A DNA stretch of 64,000 bases from NCBI GenBank assembly GCA_963730605.1, contig CAVSSM010000002.1:394416-458415 (forward strand), given 5' to 3'. The position numbers were made by a program, and so were the translations under genes. The notes beneath the pieces were generated by a model. That model searched no databases, was not told the DNA's origin, and was given only the letters and a program-made list of their open reading frames with translations. Of the stretch, positions 1 through 9,862 are shown piece by piece (the first letter of the stretch is position 1; each line of letters starts with the position of its first letter). The DNA comes from an uncultured Chlamydiae bacterium. Lineage in GTDB: Bacteria; Chlamydiota; Chlamydiia; Chlamydiales; SM23-39.

Positions 1-489
1 ACCCCAAGGCAAATAGTGTCCTTTTCCAAAAGGATCTTCCTTTTTTGTAAGAACGATCTCGAAATCGCGGGCGAGCTTCCGGTGTTGCAAGCCATCGTCG
101 AGGAGGATCAGATCTGCGCCCTCCTTGGCGGCCCGCTTTGCGGTCAATGTCCTCTTTTTGCCGATATAGATTTTCGCTTCGGCCAAACGGCGCTGTAAAA
201 GCATCGCTTCGTCGGGGATTTTTCCATAGCCCCGTGAAAGGATCGCGACGCGCCGTGTTGCAAAGGAGGCCGCCATCATCTGGACAAACGGCGTCTTGCC
301 CGTTCCTCCGGCGACGATATTGCCGACGCTGACGACGGTGCAGGGAACTCTGACGCTGCGGATCCATTTCAGATCGAAGAGTTTGTTTTTGCAAAAGACT
401 AAGCCTGCAAAGATCCAGCTGATCGGCGCGAAAAACCAAGCGCCCCGTTCAATGAGCCGGCGTCCCAGCAAGAGGACTTTGTTTCGCAT
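1..489 (-). CDS. lpxK: Tetraacyldisaccharide 4'-kinase, N-terminal part (runs off window start)
   Basis: Manual minus-strand translation from ATG 489 gives VSVGNIVAGGTGKTP, ILSRGYG and LLDDGLQH, the LpxK motifs. Not in the ORF track. Confidence 0.93.
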   Translation of the reverse strand, partial: MRNKVLLLGRRLIERGAWFFAPISWIFAGLVFCKNKLFDLKWIRSVRVPCTVVSVGNIVAGGTGKTPFVQMMAASFATRRVAILSRGYGKIPDEAMLLQRRLAEAKIYIGKKRTLTAKRAAKEGADLILLDDGLQHRKLARDFEIVLTKKEDPFGKGHYLPWG

Positions 490-1057
490 AGAATAATTGG
501 TGTTCGACTTGTTCGATGAGAATATGGATTGCCGCCATCTGGGCTTCTTGGATCCGGTCAGAAAAAGGAAAGCCGGAGACGATCCACTCGAGATCGCAAA
601 GCCCTCGCATTTTTCCTCCGGTTTTTCCGAGAAATGCAATTGTTTTCAGCCCTTTTTGTCTTGCCGCGTGTGCCGCGGCGATGAGATTTTCAGAATTTCC
701 GCTCGTCGTCATTGCGACAAACACATCTCCCGGCTGGCCGAGAGCCTCGACGCCTCGCGAGAAAACCGATTGGAATCCCATATCGTTTCCAACGCAAGTT
801 AAATGTCCGGGATCTGAGAGAGCAATCGCGGGCAGCGCGGGGCGAAATTTTCGATAGACCCCTGTCAATTCTTCGGCAAAGTGCATGGCGTCGCAAAGAC
901 TGCCGCCATTGCCCGCGACCAGCAATTTCCCTTTATTCTGGAAGCAATCTGAAATCCAATACGCGGCCGTCTCGATGAAATGAAGGGCTTGAGGACTTTT
1001 AAGCGCATTGGCAGCACGGATCGCCTCTTCGACTGATTTTAGGATCCCGTTTTTCAT
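449..1057 (-). CDS. gmhA: Phosphoheptose (sedoheptulose-7-phosphate) isomerase
   Basis: GNGGSLCDAMHFAEEL, TSGNSEN and RIQE motifs. Start placed at MKNGILK because the ORF-track extension upstream is IS sequence. Confidence 0.93.
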   Translation of the reverse strand: MKNGILKSVEEAIRAANALKSPQALHFIETAAYWISDCFQNKGKLLVAGNGGSLCDAMHFAEELTGVYRKFRPALPAIALSDPGHLTCVGNDMGFQSVFSRGVEALGQPGDVFVAMTTSGNSENLIAAAHAARQKGLKTIAFLGKTGGKMRGLCDLEWIVSGFPFSDRIQEAQMAAIHILIEQVEHQLFYAKQSPLAGTPAH

Positions 1058-1098
1058 GGATGGTTTATCCCTAGACACGAGAAAACCCAGTCCTTCTT

Positions 1099-1290
1099 TT
1101 AAGCCTGAGGCGATTCTTGCTGATTCGATATACCGCCGAATCACAGCGAGTGGCGCGCTTCCGCATACTCCCGCGAAATAGCGGGAGACTGAAGACTGTC
1201 TCCCCATAAAGCATTCTGAACGCTCGGATGCTTCTCTTTTCGAACCAATTCTTGCAGAGACACCTTTCAGGCTGTTGACATTTGCATAGA
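1099..1290 (-). pseudogene. tnpA: IS200-type Y1 transposase (TnpA) C-terminal remnant
   Basis: VNSLKGVSAR...YFAGVCGSAPLAVIRRYIE resembles the TnpA C-terminus. The N-terminal HUH part is missing. Confidence 0.75.
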
Positions 1291-1310
1291 CCAAAGCATA
1301 ACATAGCGCC

Positions 1311-2432
1311 ATGTTAGTTCGGAAATCATTTCAATTCAGGCTGCGTCTTACAAAGAAACAAGCCAAGGCATTGCAAGCCCAGCTAGACGAATGTAGATGG
1401 CTCTATAACGAACTGCTCGAGCAGCGCAAACTTGGCTTACGAGGAACTGGATATTTCTCTATCCAAATATCAGCAACTCATGTTCTTGCCTCTGTTAAAA
1501 GAAGAAAGACCCTGCTCTTGATCAAGTCCATTCGCAGGTATTGCAAAATGTCGTAGATCGTCTGGATAAAGCTTTTCAGGCATTTTTTCGAAGATGCAAG
1601 GCAGGAGAAAAGCCTGGATTTCCCCGTTTTCGCGGTATGCATAGATACAATAGCTTTTGCTATCCGCAAAGCGGATTTTCCCTCGTTGGCAAAAAACTCA
1701 AACTCTCGAAACTCGGCACCATTCGCGATCAAGATGCATCGCCCCATAGAAGGAGAGGTCAAAACCTGCACATTGCGAAAAAATGCTTCAGGCGAATGGG
1801 ATGTCTCTTTTTCTTGCGAAGTGAATGTAGAGCCTCTAGCTCCCAAGCAAGAAGCAATAGGAATCGATGTGGCCTTGAACATTTTGCAACTTTGTCCAAC
1901 GGACAAGAGATTGCAAACCCGCGGTTTTTCAAGCACGGAGAAAAGGCGCTTGCAAAAGCACAAAGAAAACTTCAAAGCTGAAAAAAGGCACGCAGGAGAG
2001 GCGAAAACAAGGGAAAGGAGTAGCCAAGATTCATGAGCAAATCAGCAATCAGAGAAAAGATTTTTGCCACAAAGAGTCTAAAAAAATCATCGATCAATAC
2101 CAATACATTTGCGTAGAAGATCTGGACATCAAAAAAATGGTAGAAGGATCTCGTTTCGCAAAAAGCATTACAGACGCAAGTTGGAATCAGTTTCGTCAGT
2201 TCCTCACCTACAAAGCGGCAGAAGCTGGTAGGAAATTGGGATTGGTGAACCCTGCCTATACGACACAAGAATGCAGTCAATGCGGATACCGGGAGAGAAA
2301 AAACTCTCCGAAAGGAAGCATTGCTGCTTACGATGTGGGTATAAGACGACAAGGGATCTCAACGCAGCGCAGAATATTTTGGCCCTCGGATTGGATGGCC
2401 TGGGAGAAATCCCTAGAAGCCCTCGCCTTTAG
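1311..2432 (+). pseudogene. tnpB: TnpB RNA-guided nuclease, multiply frameshifted
   Basis: Fragments: HTH (CRWLYNELLEQRK), KPGFPRFR, AIGIDV, VEDL, YKAAEAG, TTQECSQCG and RDLNAAQNIL, spread over several frames. Confidence 0.9.
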
Positions 2433-2460
2433 GCGAGGGAGCAGTCACAGTACTCTCAAT

Positions 2461-3489
2461 ATGCAAAACACTGCAATCGTCGGAGCAACTGGAGCGGTCG
2501 GACAAGAGATCCTCCGCCTTTTGGGAGTGCGTGCATTTCCGGTAAACCGCCTCCGGTGTTTTGCCTCATCTCGTTCCGTGGGAAAAAAGATCCGTTTCAA
2601 ATCCGATGAGATCATTCTTGAAGCTTTGGATGAACATTCTCTAAAAGAGAGGGATCTTGCGTTTTTTGCCGCAGGAGGAACGGTATCCAAGGAATGGATC
2701 CCGCGAATAAAATGTATGGTCGTCGATTCAAGCAGCGCATTTCGGGAATCGGCGCCTCTCATCATTCCTGAAATCAATGCCCACGCTCTAAAAACGCATC
2801 GAGGAGTCGTCGCATCTCCCAATTGCGCAGCGACGATTTTGTTGATGCCCCTTTTTCCACTACACTGTCAATACAAGGTCAAGCGCATCATCGCTTCCAC
2901 TTACCAAGCAGCGAGCGGCGGCGGGGCTTTTTTACTCCAAGAGCTGAAACGGGAAACGGCCGCTTTTCTCGAAAACCGCCCCTATTCCAACACTCTCCCC
3001 TTTCCCTACGCGTTCAATCTTTATCCTCATAATTCGTCCCTTCATCCGTCCGGCTACGTCGAAGAAGAGCGGAAAATCCTCTTTGAGACGCGCAAAATCC
3101 TCGAAGATCCTACGATTCAGGTGAGCGCGACCTGCGTGCGCGTTCCCGTGCTGAGAGCCCATTCGATCTCAGCCAACGTTGAATTTCACCGCCCTTTTTC
3201 CCTCGATGCCATTTATGCGGCATGGTCGCGCACTCCCGGATTGAAAATCTTCGAAGACAGATCCAACAACCGTTTTCCGACCCCTTTCGACGCTACGGGA
3301 AAAGACGACGTTTTCTGCGGGCGGCTCCGCATTGATCCGAGCCAGCCCAATACGCTCGAATTTTGGGCCGTCGGAGACCAGCTTCTGAAAGGCGCTGCCC
3401 TCAACGCCGTGCAAATCGCAGAGCTTCTTGTTCAATCAAAGGGCGCGGGCGTCTCGAACGTCAGCAGCTCTTTTGTCACAGGATGTTGA
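2461..3489 (+). CDS. asd: Aspartate-semialdehyde dehydrogenase
   Basis: VGATGAVG, SPNC, TYQAASGGG, CVRVPV and DQLLKGAALNAVQIAE. Start at ATG 2461. Confidence 0.95.
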   Translation: MQNTAIVGATGAVGQEILRLLGVRAFPVNRLRCFASSRSVGKKIRFKSDEIILEALDEHSLKERDLAFFAAGGTVSKEWIPRIKCMVVDSSSAFRESAPLIIPEINAHALKTHRGVVASPNCAATILLMPLFPLHCQYKVKRIIASTYQAASGGGAFLLQELKRETAAFLENRPYSNTLPFPYAFNLYPHNSSLHPSGYVEEERKILFETRKILEDPTIQVSATCVRVPVLRAHSISANVEFHRPFSLDAIYAAWSRTPGLKIFEDRSNNRFPTPFDATGKDDVFCGRLRIDPSQPNTLEFWAVGDQLLKGAALNAVQIAELLVQSKGAGVSNVSSSFVTGC

Positions 3490-4082
3490 AAGGCCAGTTT
3501 TTGTCCGTGGAGTCGGATGGAGGCGCCGTCTCCACTTTGACTGCCGTAGCGTTTGTCGCCCACAATCGGGTGGCCGATGGCGGAAAATTGCGCCCGGATC
3601 TGATGATAGCGCCCCGTTTCTAATTCGATTTCGATGACTGTCGAATGGATCTTGTGTTTGAGCGTCTTGTAATAGAGGCGGGCGTGTTTGGCTCCCTCGT
3701 CGTCTTTTTTTGCAAGCAGGGCCTGATGGTCCCCGTGGATCAGGTAATGGTCGAGCCGCCCCTCCTTTTTTGCAAGGACCCCTTCCACTTCCGCGAGATA
3801 AATTCTTTGGATCTCCTGCAGCCTCGATTGCTCATTTAATCGGCTTAAAGCTTTGCTCGTGCGGGCGAAAAGGACAAGGCCGCTCACAGCGCGGTCGAGA
3901 CGGTGGATGGCGTGGAGGAACACATTGCCTTTTTTGTGGTACTCCCGTTTCACCCAAAGCTTCAGATGAGCTTCAAGGCTAGGAGATGTCTCATCCGGCT
4001 GGGTCAGCATGCCGCAAGGCTTTGCCGCCACAGCGATATGATTATCGGCGTATAGAACTTCGGCGCTGTCTAACGACTTCAT
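3432..4082 (-). CDS. RluA-family pseudouridine synthase
   Basis: HRLDRAVSG, TGRYHQIRAQ and GHPIVGDKRYG motifs. Confidence 0.92.
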   Translation of the reverse strand: MKSLDSAEVLYADNHIAVAAKPCGMLTQPDETSPSLEAHLKLWVKREYHKKGNVFLHAIHRLDRAVSGLVLFARTSKALSRLNEQSRLQEIQRIYLAEVEGVLAKKEGRLDHYLIHGDHQALLAKKDDEGAKHARLYYKTLKHKIHSTVIEIELETGRYHQIRAQFSAIGHPIVGDKRYGSQSGDGASIRLHGQKLAFQHPVTKELLTFETPAPFD

Positions 4083-4842
4083 AAAGGAGCAGAGTGGTGG
4101 CCGATGCGACGTTGAGCGAATCGGCGGTTCCGAACATGGGAATCCGCACCGAGATATCGGCCTCTTTCATCCACATTTCCGAGAGTCCATATTGCTCCGT
4201 TCCCATCGCGATCGCAAGAGGAACTTTAAAATCCGCGCTCGTAAACTCGAGCTCCGCATGGGGAGTTGCCGCGGCAATCGCTATGCCCCGCTCTTTCAGG
4301 AAGCGGATCGTCTCCTCGCTTCCCGCCTCACAGACCGCTTGAGTAAAAAGAGTGCCCACGCTGGAGCGGACGACATTCGGGTTATGGATGTCGGTGGTCC
4401 GGTCGCAAACGATCACGGCGTCGACGCCGGCCGCATCAGAGGAACGGAGGATGCTGCCGAGATTGCCCGGCTTTTCGATGCTCTCGGCGATGAGAAAAAA
4501 GGGACATGCGGAAAGGGACAAATCGGTCAGTTTTCGATGCATCTGCTTCGCAATAGCGAGCAGGCCGTCAGGGCGGTCCCGGTACGATAGTTTGTTGAAT
4601 ACCGCGAGGCTGCACGCAAACGCGCTGCAGTGGGCATCCGCAATGAGGGCCTCTTCGTTTACACTTAAGAAAAATTCCGGACAATAAAAAATGGTCTCGA
4701 CTTGAACTCCCGCATCCACAGCCCGCTTCAACTCGCGATACCCTTCGATCAGAAACTGGTCCGCTTCATCTCGATCGCGTCGATCGCGAAGCCGCACAGC
4801 AACTTTCACTTTCGGATTTTGCAGGCTGGTAATTTCTGTCAT
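4042..4842 (-). CDS. TrmH/SpoU-family RNA methyltransferase
   Basis: EKPGNLGSILRS, GTEQYGLS and SLNVASA SPOUT motifs. Confidence 0.93.
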   Translation of the reverse strand: MTEITSLQNPKVKVAVRLRDRRDRDEADQFLIEGYRELKRAVDAGVQVETIFYCPEFFLSVNEEALIADAHCSAFACSLAVFNKLSYRDRPDGLLAIAKQMHRKLTDLSLSACPFFLIAESIEKPGNLGSILRSSDAAGVDAVIVCDRTTDIHNPNVVRSSVGTLFTQAVCEAGSEETIRFLKERGIAIAAATPHAELEFTSADFKVPLAIAMGTEQYGLSEMWMKEADISVRIPMFGTADSLNVASATTLLLYEVVRQRRSSIRR

Positions 4843-6122
4843 GAGCCTATCCGCAAGGTATACCCAAGGAAATTCAAAACTTGGCAGCAGGTGCCTGAAA
4901 GGGACTAAATTTATCCCTAACCCGGCTTCTTAAATCCCGGCCTAAAGTTGACTCCGCGGTCATAGTCGCCAATACAGCGAAAAAACCAAGAATCGCTCCT
5001 CTAAAGTCTTCAAAGTACTCGTAATAAGTATTGTAAACTACCCGCTCCTTCATCCATTTCCACAGTCGTTCTATCGGGTTTAGATTGGGGCTATAGGGCG
5101 GTAAAAAGTGCAAACAAACTTTTGCCGTTTCTAGGTACTGCCTCACAGCCCTATTCCGATAGTACGGTGCATTATCGCAAAATACATGGATCTTTCGTTT
5201 ACTCGGGTAAAATTCTTCGATCTTTTGGAAAAACCGGATTATCGATTCTGCGTTTAAAGTCTCGTCTTCTTGGATTACCACACTGTGGGTGATGACATCG
5301 ATGCTCCCTGAAAGATTGAGCCTGGCACGTCCTGTGTTTGCTGGGATCTCTTTACGCACGCCTTTTTTGATCCACCCATAAGCAGGCTGCACATTGTGCG
5401 TTGGATGAACGCCGTCAATAAAGCAGATAGTCTCATCCTCGAGGAGTTCTGCCTTGAGTTTCTCGTATCCGGCGAGCCACTTTTGTTGCTGCTCTTTGTT
5501 GGCTTTCCCGGGTACAACGGCGGGTTTTTTGTAGGAAAATCCGTGTCTTCGCAGCCAATCCCTCAATCCGTGGACGGTATAGACAATACCGAAAGTCACT
5601 TCTACATATGCGACGATATCCTTGACGTAAAGGTACGTGTGTTCTTGAAGATGAGCCTCAAGTTGCTCGGACTGCGTTTGGGATAGTTTCTCCTCGGAGC
5701 CGCCGCTTTCGGGGCGCAATTTTTTCGACGTTTTGTATGCGTCAACATGGTGACGAACTGCTTCGTCAGAAATCAACAGAACCCTGGCAATGTCTTTGGG
5801 AGCCCACCCCTCATCATAGAGGAGAACAGCCTTTATTCGATCACGCACCCGCCCATCGCGGTCCCCCCGGTGCCGGAGTTTGAGTTCCTGTCGTTCTGAG
5901 TCGGTTAAAAAATTCACGCAGCCATTGTGCAGTCAAGGGAAATTTTCACGCATCAAAATTTTGAATCACGAGCGGTATAGAGTGAAAAAGATACGCAGAG
6001 ATTTTGAGATGATTTTTGCGATTGGAGCCGAAGGCAAGGCTAGAAGCCTTGCCGAGGAGAAAGCGCAAAAAGCGCTCAAAAGATCCCGTAGATTTTTTAT
6101 TCCACTTTGCGGATAGGCTCAT
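4841..6122. repeat. ~163-bp palindromic MITE-like element (ATGAGCCTATC ends), split by an IS630 insertion
   Basis: Arms ATGAGCCTATCCGCAA (4841) and TTGCGGATAGGCTCAT (ends 6122). Imperfect pairing continues inward once the IS630 is removed. Confidence 0.8.
4861..5977 (-). mobile_element. IS630-family element, copy 1 (1117 bp; transposase 4874-5917)
   Basis: HTH plus DDE (DGVH, CDNAPYY, LPPYSPNLNPIE). TA duplication at 4859-60 and 5978-79. Near-identical to 30900-32016. Confidence 0.95.
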
Positions 6123-6922
6123 AAAGAGATTCTCGCTACGCATCCGCTCGGAATGGAATAGGTTTCTTCAGATTCGAGCAGCATTTCATAAGCGTCGATT
6201 GGCGCATTGAAAAACTGGCCGAAAAGTTGTTTTAAGACGACCGGAGTAAATCCCGGGGTATGACAGGAAAAAATCAAAAACCGAGGGCTTCCCGAAAGCA
6301 CTTCCCTACAGAGTTCGATGAGAGGCTGAATGTCTCTTTCGATTTTAAAAACTTCCCCCTTGCTTCCCCTTCCGAAAGTGGGAGGGTCGAGAAGAATGCC
6401 ATCATAGCGGCTTTTTCTTTTGGCCTCTCTTTTCAAGAATTTGATCGCATCGTCGACGATCCAACGGACCGGGGCGGAAGTCAGATCGTTCAGAGCGGCA
6501 TTCTCGCGGGCCCAATCGACCATTCCCTTGGAAGCGTCGAGATGGCAGACGGATGCCCCTTTTTGGAGAGCGGATAGCGTCGCCCCTCCCGAATAAGCGA
6601 AGAGATTGAGCACTTTCATGCCAGGGCTTAAACGCTCTTGCATCCAACCCCAAACGCTAGCGTGTTCTGGAAAAACCCCGATGTGGCCAAAATCCGTTGG
6701 CGCGATTTTCATCTTCACCCCTTCGATTCGTATTTCCCAAGAGGCAGGGATCTTGCGATGAAAGGTCCACTTCGATCCTTCTATTCGGTTAAAGGTCGCA
6801 TGAGCCTCAGCCTTTCCTTGCGGCCTCCACACTGCTTGCGGACAAGGGCGGTCCAAGATAAAATCCCCGAACCTCTCCCACTTGCGGCCATTGCCGCTGT
6901 CAAGAAGCTGATAATCCATCAT
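6119..6922 (-). CDS. Class I SAM-dependent (RlmI/RlmK-like) methyltransferase
   Basis: VLNLFAYSGGA and ILLDPPTFG motifs. Confidence 0.85.
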   Translation of the reverse strand: MMDYQLLDSGNGRKWERFGDFILDRPCPQAVWRPQGKAEAHATFNRIEGSKWTFHRKIPASWEIRIEGVKMKIAPTDFGHIGVFPEHASVWGWMQERLSPGMKVLNLFAYSGGATLSALQKGASVCHLDASKGMVDWARENAALNDLTSAPVRWIVDDAIKFLKREAKRKSRYDGILLDPPTFGRGSKGEVFKIERDIQPLIELCREVLSGSPRFLIFSCHTPGFTPVVLKQLFGQFFNAPIDAYEMLLESEETYSIPSGCVARISL

Positions 6923-8025
6923 GAAAAAGTCGCTGAGTTGTGAACAATGCGGCGCCATAAGGCCCCCAAAGCTGTCTGGACGGAGAACTCGATGCCGGCT
7001 CTTCGGTCCTGAGGGGCGCTCAAACGGCCGACATCGATCTCTTTTCCTCTTTCCGCTACCGCGATATAGACCGTTCCCACGGGTTTATGAACGCTGCCGC
7101 CTTTCGGCCCCAATGTTCCAGAAACGCTGATGGCAAAATCGCACTCAGTCTCTTCGAAAAGACCTTGGATCATCTCTTCGACCGTTTCTCTACTCACCGC
7201 GCCCTTACGCGATAAGGTGTCGTGGCGCACGCCCAAAAACCGCTCTTTCCATCGATTGGAATAAGCGACGATCGATCCGGCAAAGAAAAACGAGGCGTCG
7301 GGAATGGCAGAGAGCCTTGCTGCAAGCGCGCCGCCGGTGCATGATTCGGCGAGGCTTAACGTTTTCTTCCTTGCAATCATTTCACGGTGGACCGCAACTT
7401 CGAGCGTCCCTTCCCCTACATAAAAAGTGGGAAACTGCTCTTGCACTCTACGGATCAAGCCGTCTACCGGATGGGGGCTCCGAAATACGACTTGGAGCGA
7501 TCCGTAGGAGGGATAAATGCCGATTTCTAAACCCGGCGCCTGCAGCTTCCTAAGAAAAGGATCGACTTCCAATTCGCGGAGTAGCGCGAGCGTGCAGCAG
7601 CGGAGATAATAACGTTTATCCAAAGGATAGCGCTCTTCCAAAAGAGGGAGCGCCTCTTCTAAAAACATCCGCTCCATTTCTCTCGGGACGCCCGGCAAAA
7701 GAACTAGGTTGCCTCCAAAAACGCCCATCGCCGTCCCGAGGAGGTTTTTCAGTTCCAGAGGCTTTTCAGTAAAAAGAGGCAATACGGCTTGCCGCGTCAA
7801 ATCATCCAGAGTCGGGCCGAGCCCGCCCGTCGCTACGACAAAAGCGGAGCGGCGCATCGCTTCTTGCACGCATGCGCGAATCGCTTCGATCTCATCGGGC
7901 AAAATAGTATGGCGGCGGACTGAGTAGCCCCGATCGGTCAATGCGCGGCTTAAAAACGCGGCGTTGCTATTGACCGTTTGGCCTCTCAAGACCTCATCGC
8001 CGATGGAAAGAATCTCAACATCCAT
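6919..8025 (-). CDS. cinA: CinA-family protein (MoCF domain + NMN deamidase)
   Basis: IGDEVLRG, TGGLGPTLDDLT, LPGVPREM and AESCTGG motifs. Confidence 0.92.
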   Translation of the reverse strand: MDVEILSIGDEVLRGQTVNSNAAFLSRALTDRGYSVRRHTILPDEIEAIRACVQEAMRRSAFVVATGGLGPTLDDLTRQAVLPLFTEKPLELKNLLGTAMGVFGGNLVLLPGVPREMERMFLEEALPLLEERYPLDKRYYLRCCTLALLRELEVDPFLRKLQAPGLEIGIYPSYGSLQVVFRSPHPVDGLIRRVQEQFPTFYVGEGTLEVAVHREMIARKKTLSLAESCTGGALAARLSAIPDASFFFAGSIVAYSNRWKERFLGVRHDTLSRKGAVSRETVEEMIQGLFEETECDFAISVSGTLGPKGGSVHKPVGTVYIAVAERGKEIDVGRLSAPQDRRAGIEFSVQTALGALWRRIVHNSATFS

Positions 8026-8350
8026 GAGCCTATCTCACGATTCTAAAATAGCGATTTTTGATGAATTTTTTCGCATGTTTTATACCGAAACAACCTGAAG
8101 AATCGGGAATTTGACAAGGAGGCTCCTCAGAATTTGTGTTCGGAGCAAGCGACCATTGCGCGTGCGCAAGGCGCGAGTGAGAACAAAAATTCTGAGGTAA
8201 AGCCGACGCAGTCAAAAACCGATTCTTCAGGTTGTTTCGATATAGCCTCACTTCGCAGGCTATACTTGAGAATGTAGGCCAAGAAGCGAGGCTAAAAGAT
8301 TCGGAAAAAGGCGCGAAAAGCGCTGCTTTAGAATAGTGAGATAGGCTCAT
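8024..8350. repeat. Second ATGAGCCTATC-ended palindromic element (~165 bp) containing a nested MITE
   Basis: Arms ATGAGCCTATCTCACGATTCTAAA and TTTAGAATAGTGAGATAGGCTCAT. Confidence 0.85.
8081..8244. mobile_element. IS630-type MITE (TATACCGAAACAAC ends)
   Basis: 26-bp terminal inverted repeats with 1 mismatch, TA at both flanks, no recognisable coding content. Confidence 0.85.
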
Positions 8351-9018
8351 AAGATGGATATTCCTTGGCTCATCAGTTGGGGATGGCGGCCAATCCAGGA
8401 AAAGCATCCCTTTCCCAGCCGGATTGGACTGTTGATCCGCTCTCCTTCCACGATAAAGGGTGTGGCCCTCGACTCCTGCCTCACCCAAAGCCGCACCTCT
8501 TCGAACAGCTTGCCCCGCTCGACCTCTCGCAGTTCCATCGTCTTAGCATCCTGATAGAGGCTTGGAAAGGAAAATTGGATCCCCCAAAATACGCTTTGCA
8601 GCCCCATTGACATAGGGCGGAAGACACCATCCATTTTTGAGTAAGAAAAAGAGTGCGCCTGCGCCAGCAAGACCGGCTTTGCCATCTTCATCAGATACCC
8701 TTTGTCCGGCACCTCTTGCAGCCACAAAGAGTCAAGATCGTCTGTCATGGCCGCGGCGAGAATTTTCTTCAGCGCAAAATCTTCCGGAACGCGCCCTTCT
8801 TTTAACCCCGCGATCCAAGAACCATATTCGGCAAGGAAACTTTCCTCGGAAAGAGGATGCCCATTGACGATGCCAGTCAGAGGGAAAATGTAAAACGGCC
8901 TCAAGCGCAAAAAGAGCCGCTCGAGCTCAGCTTGTTCGCAAAGAACTTGGAATTTCAACCATTTGGAGCCTTGGTATTCACCCTCTTTCTCAGGGATGGA
9001 GATGCGGAGAAGTCTCAT
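8347..9018 (-). CDS. Hypothetical protein
   Basis: 223-aa ORF whose ATG overlaps the lspA stop. No motif recognised. Confidence 0.7.
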   Translation of the reverse strand: MRLLRISIPEKEGEYQGSKWLKFQVLCEQAELERLFLRLRPFYIFPLTGIVNGHPLSEESFLAEYGSWIAGLKEGRVPEDFALKKILAAAMTDDLDSLWLQEVPDKGYLMKMAKPVLLAQAHSFSYSKMDGVFRPMSMGLQSVFWGIQFSFPSLYQDAKTMELREVERGKLFEEVRLWVRQESRATPFIVEGERINSPIRLGKGCFSWIGRHPQLMSQGISIL

Positions 9019-9500
9019 ACAGGTTGAGGCGTCTTCTTGAAGGATTCTGCAATGAGGAGAAAAAAGACGCCGATCGTAATATAGGAATCGGCGAAATTGA
9101 ATACGGGAAAAGAGCGGCCCCAAAAAGTAAAATGGAAGAAATCGATCACATGGCCATAAAGGACGAAGTCAAGGGCATTGCCGATTGCGCCTGTGACGAC
9201 GAGCCAAAGAGGGAATGCTCCGCGCGCGCTCTTGTTAAAAAGGATCAGATACACCAAAAGACCTAAGATGATCGCCGCCCTGAGAGCAAAAAGTAGGCTG
9301 GGATGGCCCGGGAAAAGTCCGTAAGCTGCACCCGTATTCACAACGTAATTGAGAGAAAAACTGATCCCAAGAAAATCGGAAAAAATTCCGAGCCCGCCGA
9401 AAGGATAGCCGCCTTTTGTCATCGGAGGAATCCAGGCGATCGCCCCCATCTTCGACGCAATGTCTAAGAGGAAAAGCAAGAAGAGGACCTGATATCTCAC
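9015..9500 (-). CDS. lspA: Lipoprotein signal peptidase II
   Basis: NTGAAYG, GAIGNALD, VIDF and FNFAD motifs. Confidence 0.95.
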   Translation of the reverse strand: MRYQVLFLLFLLDIASKMGAIAWIPPMTKGGYPFGGLGIFSDFLGISFSLNYVVNTGAAYGLFPGHPSLLFALRAAIILGLLVYLILFNKSARGAFPLWLVVTGAIGNALDFVLYGHVIDFFHFTFWGRSFPVFNFADSYITIGVFFLLIAESFKKTPQPV

Positions 9501-9862
9501 AGGAGACCCTTTTCAAATTTTTCTTGGGCTTTTACAGTCATCGTCGCATAAGGGATCGCTTCGAGGCGCTTGACCGGGATCTCTTCTTCAGTGATATCGC
9601 AGACGCCATAACTTCCCTCTTCGATCTTTTGGAGGGCGCGGTCGATTTGGCGGAGGAGCCCGAATTCTTTGTTAGCGACTTCGAGATTGATTTGTTTGAC
9701 AAAGTCGTCCGTCCCCTCGTCGGCTGAATGCTGGGAATAGCCCTTCGCTTCATCGGGAGTCGTCGCCTCTTTTTTCGATCCTTCAATGGTCTGCATGACC
9801 TGAGCGCGCAATTCTAAAAGTCTTTTCTTGAAATGATCGATTTCACTTTTTTTCAACGGCAT
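9497..9862 (-). CDS. dksA: DksA/TraR-family transcription factor (single Cys)
   Basis: IDRALQKIEEGSYGVC...IPVKRLEAIPYA. Confidence 0.9.
   Translation of the reverse strand: MPLKKSEIDHFKKRLLELRAQVMQTIEGSKKEATTPDEAKGYSQHSADEGTDDFVKQINLEVANKEFGLLRQIDRALQKIEEGSYGVCDITEEEIPVKRLEAIPYATMTVKAQEKFEKGLL

Larger units (their letters stand above)
1077..2448. mobile_element. Decayed IS200/IS605-family element (divergent tnpA remnant + tnpB)
   Basis: TnpA and TnpB fragments. Right-end hairpin CCCTCGCCTTTAGGCGAGGG followed by AGCAGTCAC ending at 2448. Left end approximate. Confidence 0.85.

Noticed and set aside
449..3489. Apparent N-terminal extensions of GmhA (287 aa) and Asd (450 aa, TnpB-Asd fusion)
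   Set aside because: Chance open frames through tnpA and tnpB remnants. Canonical starts exist at 1057 and 2461.
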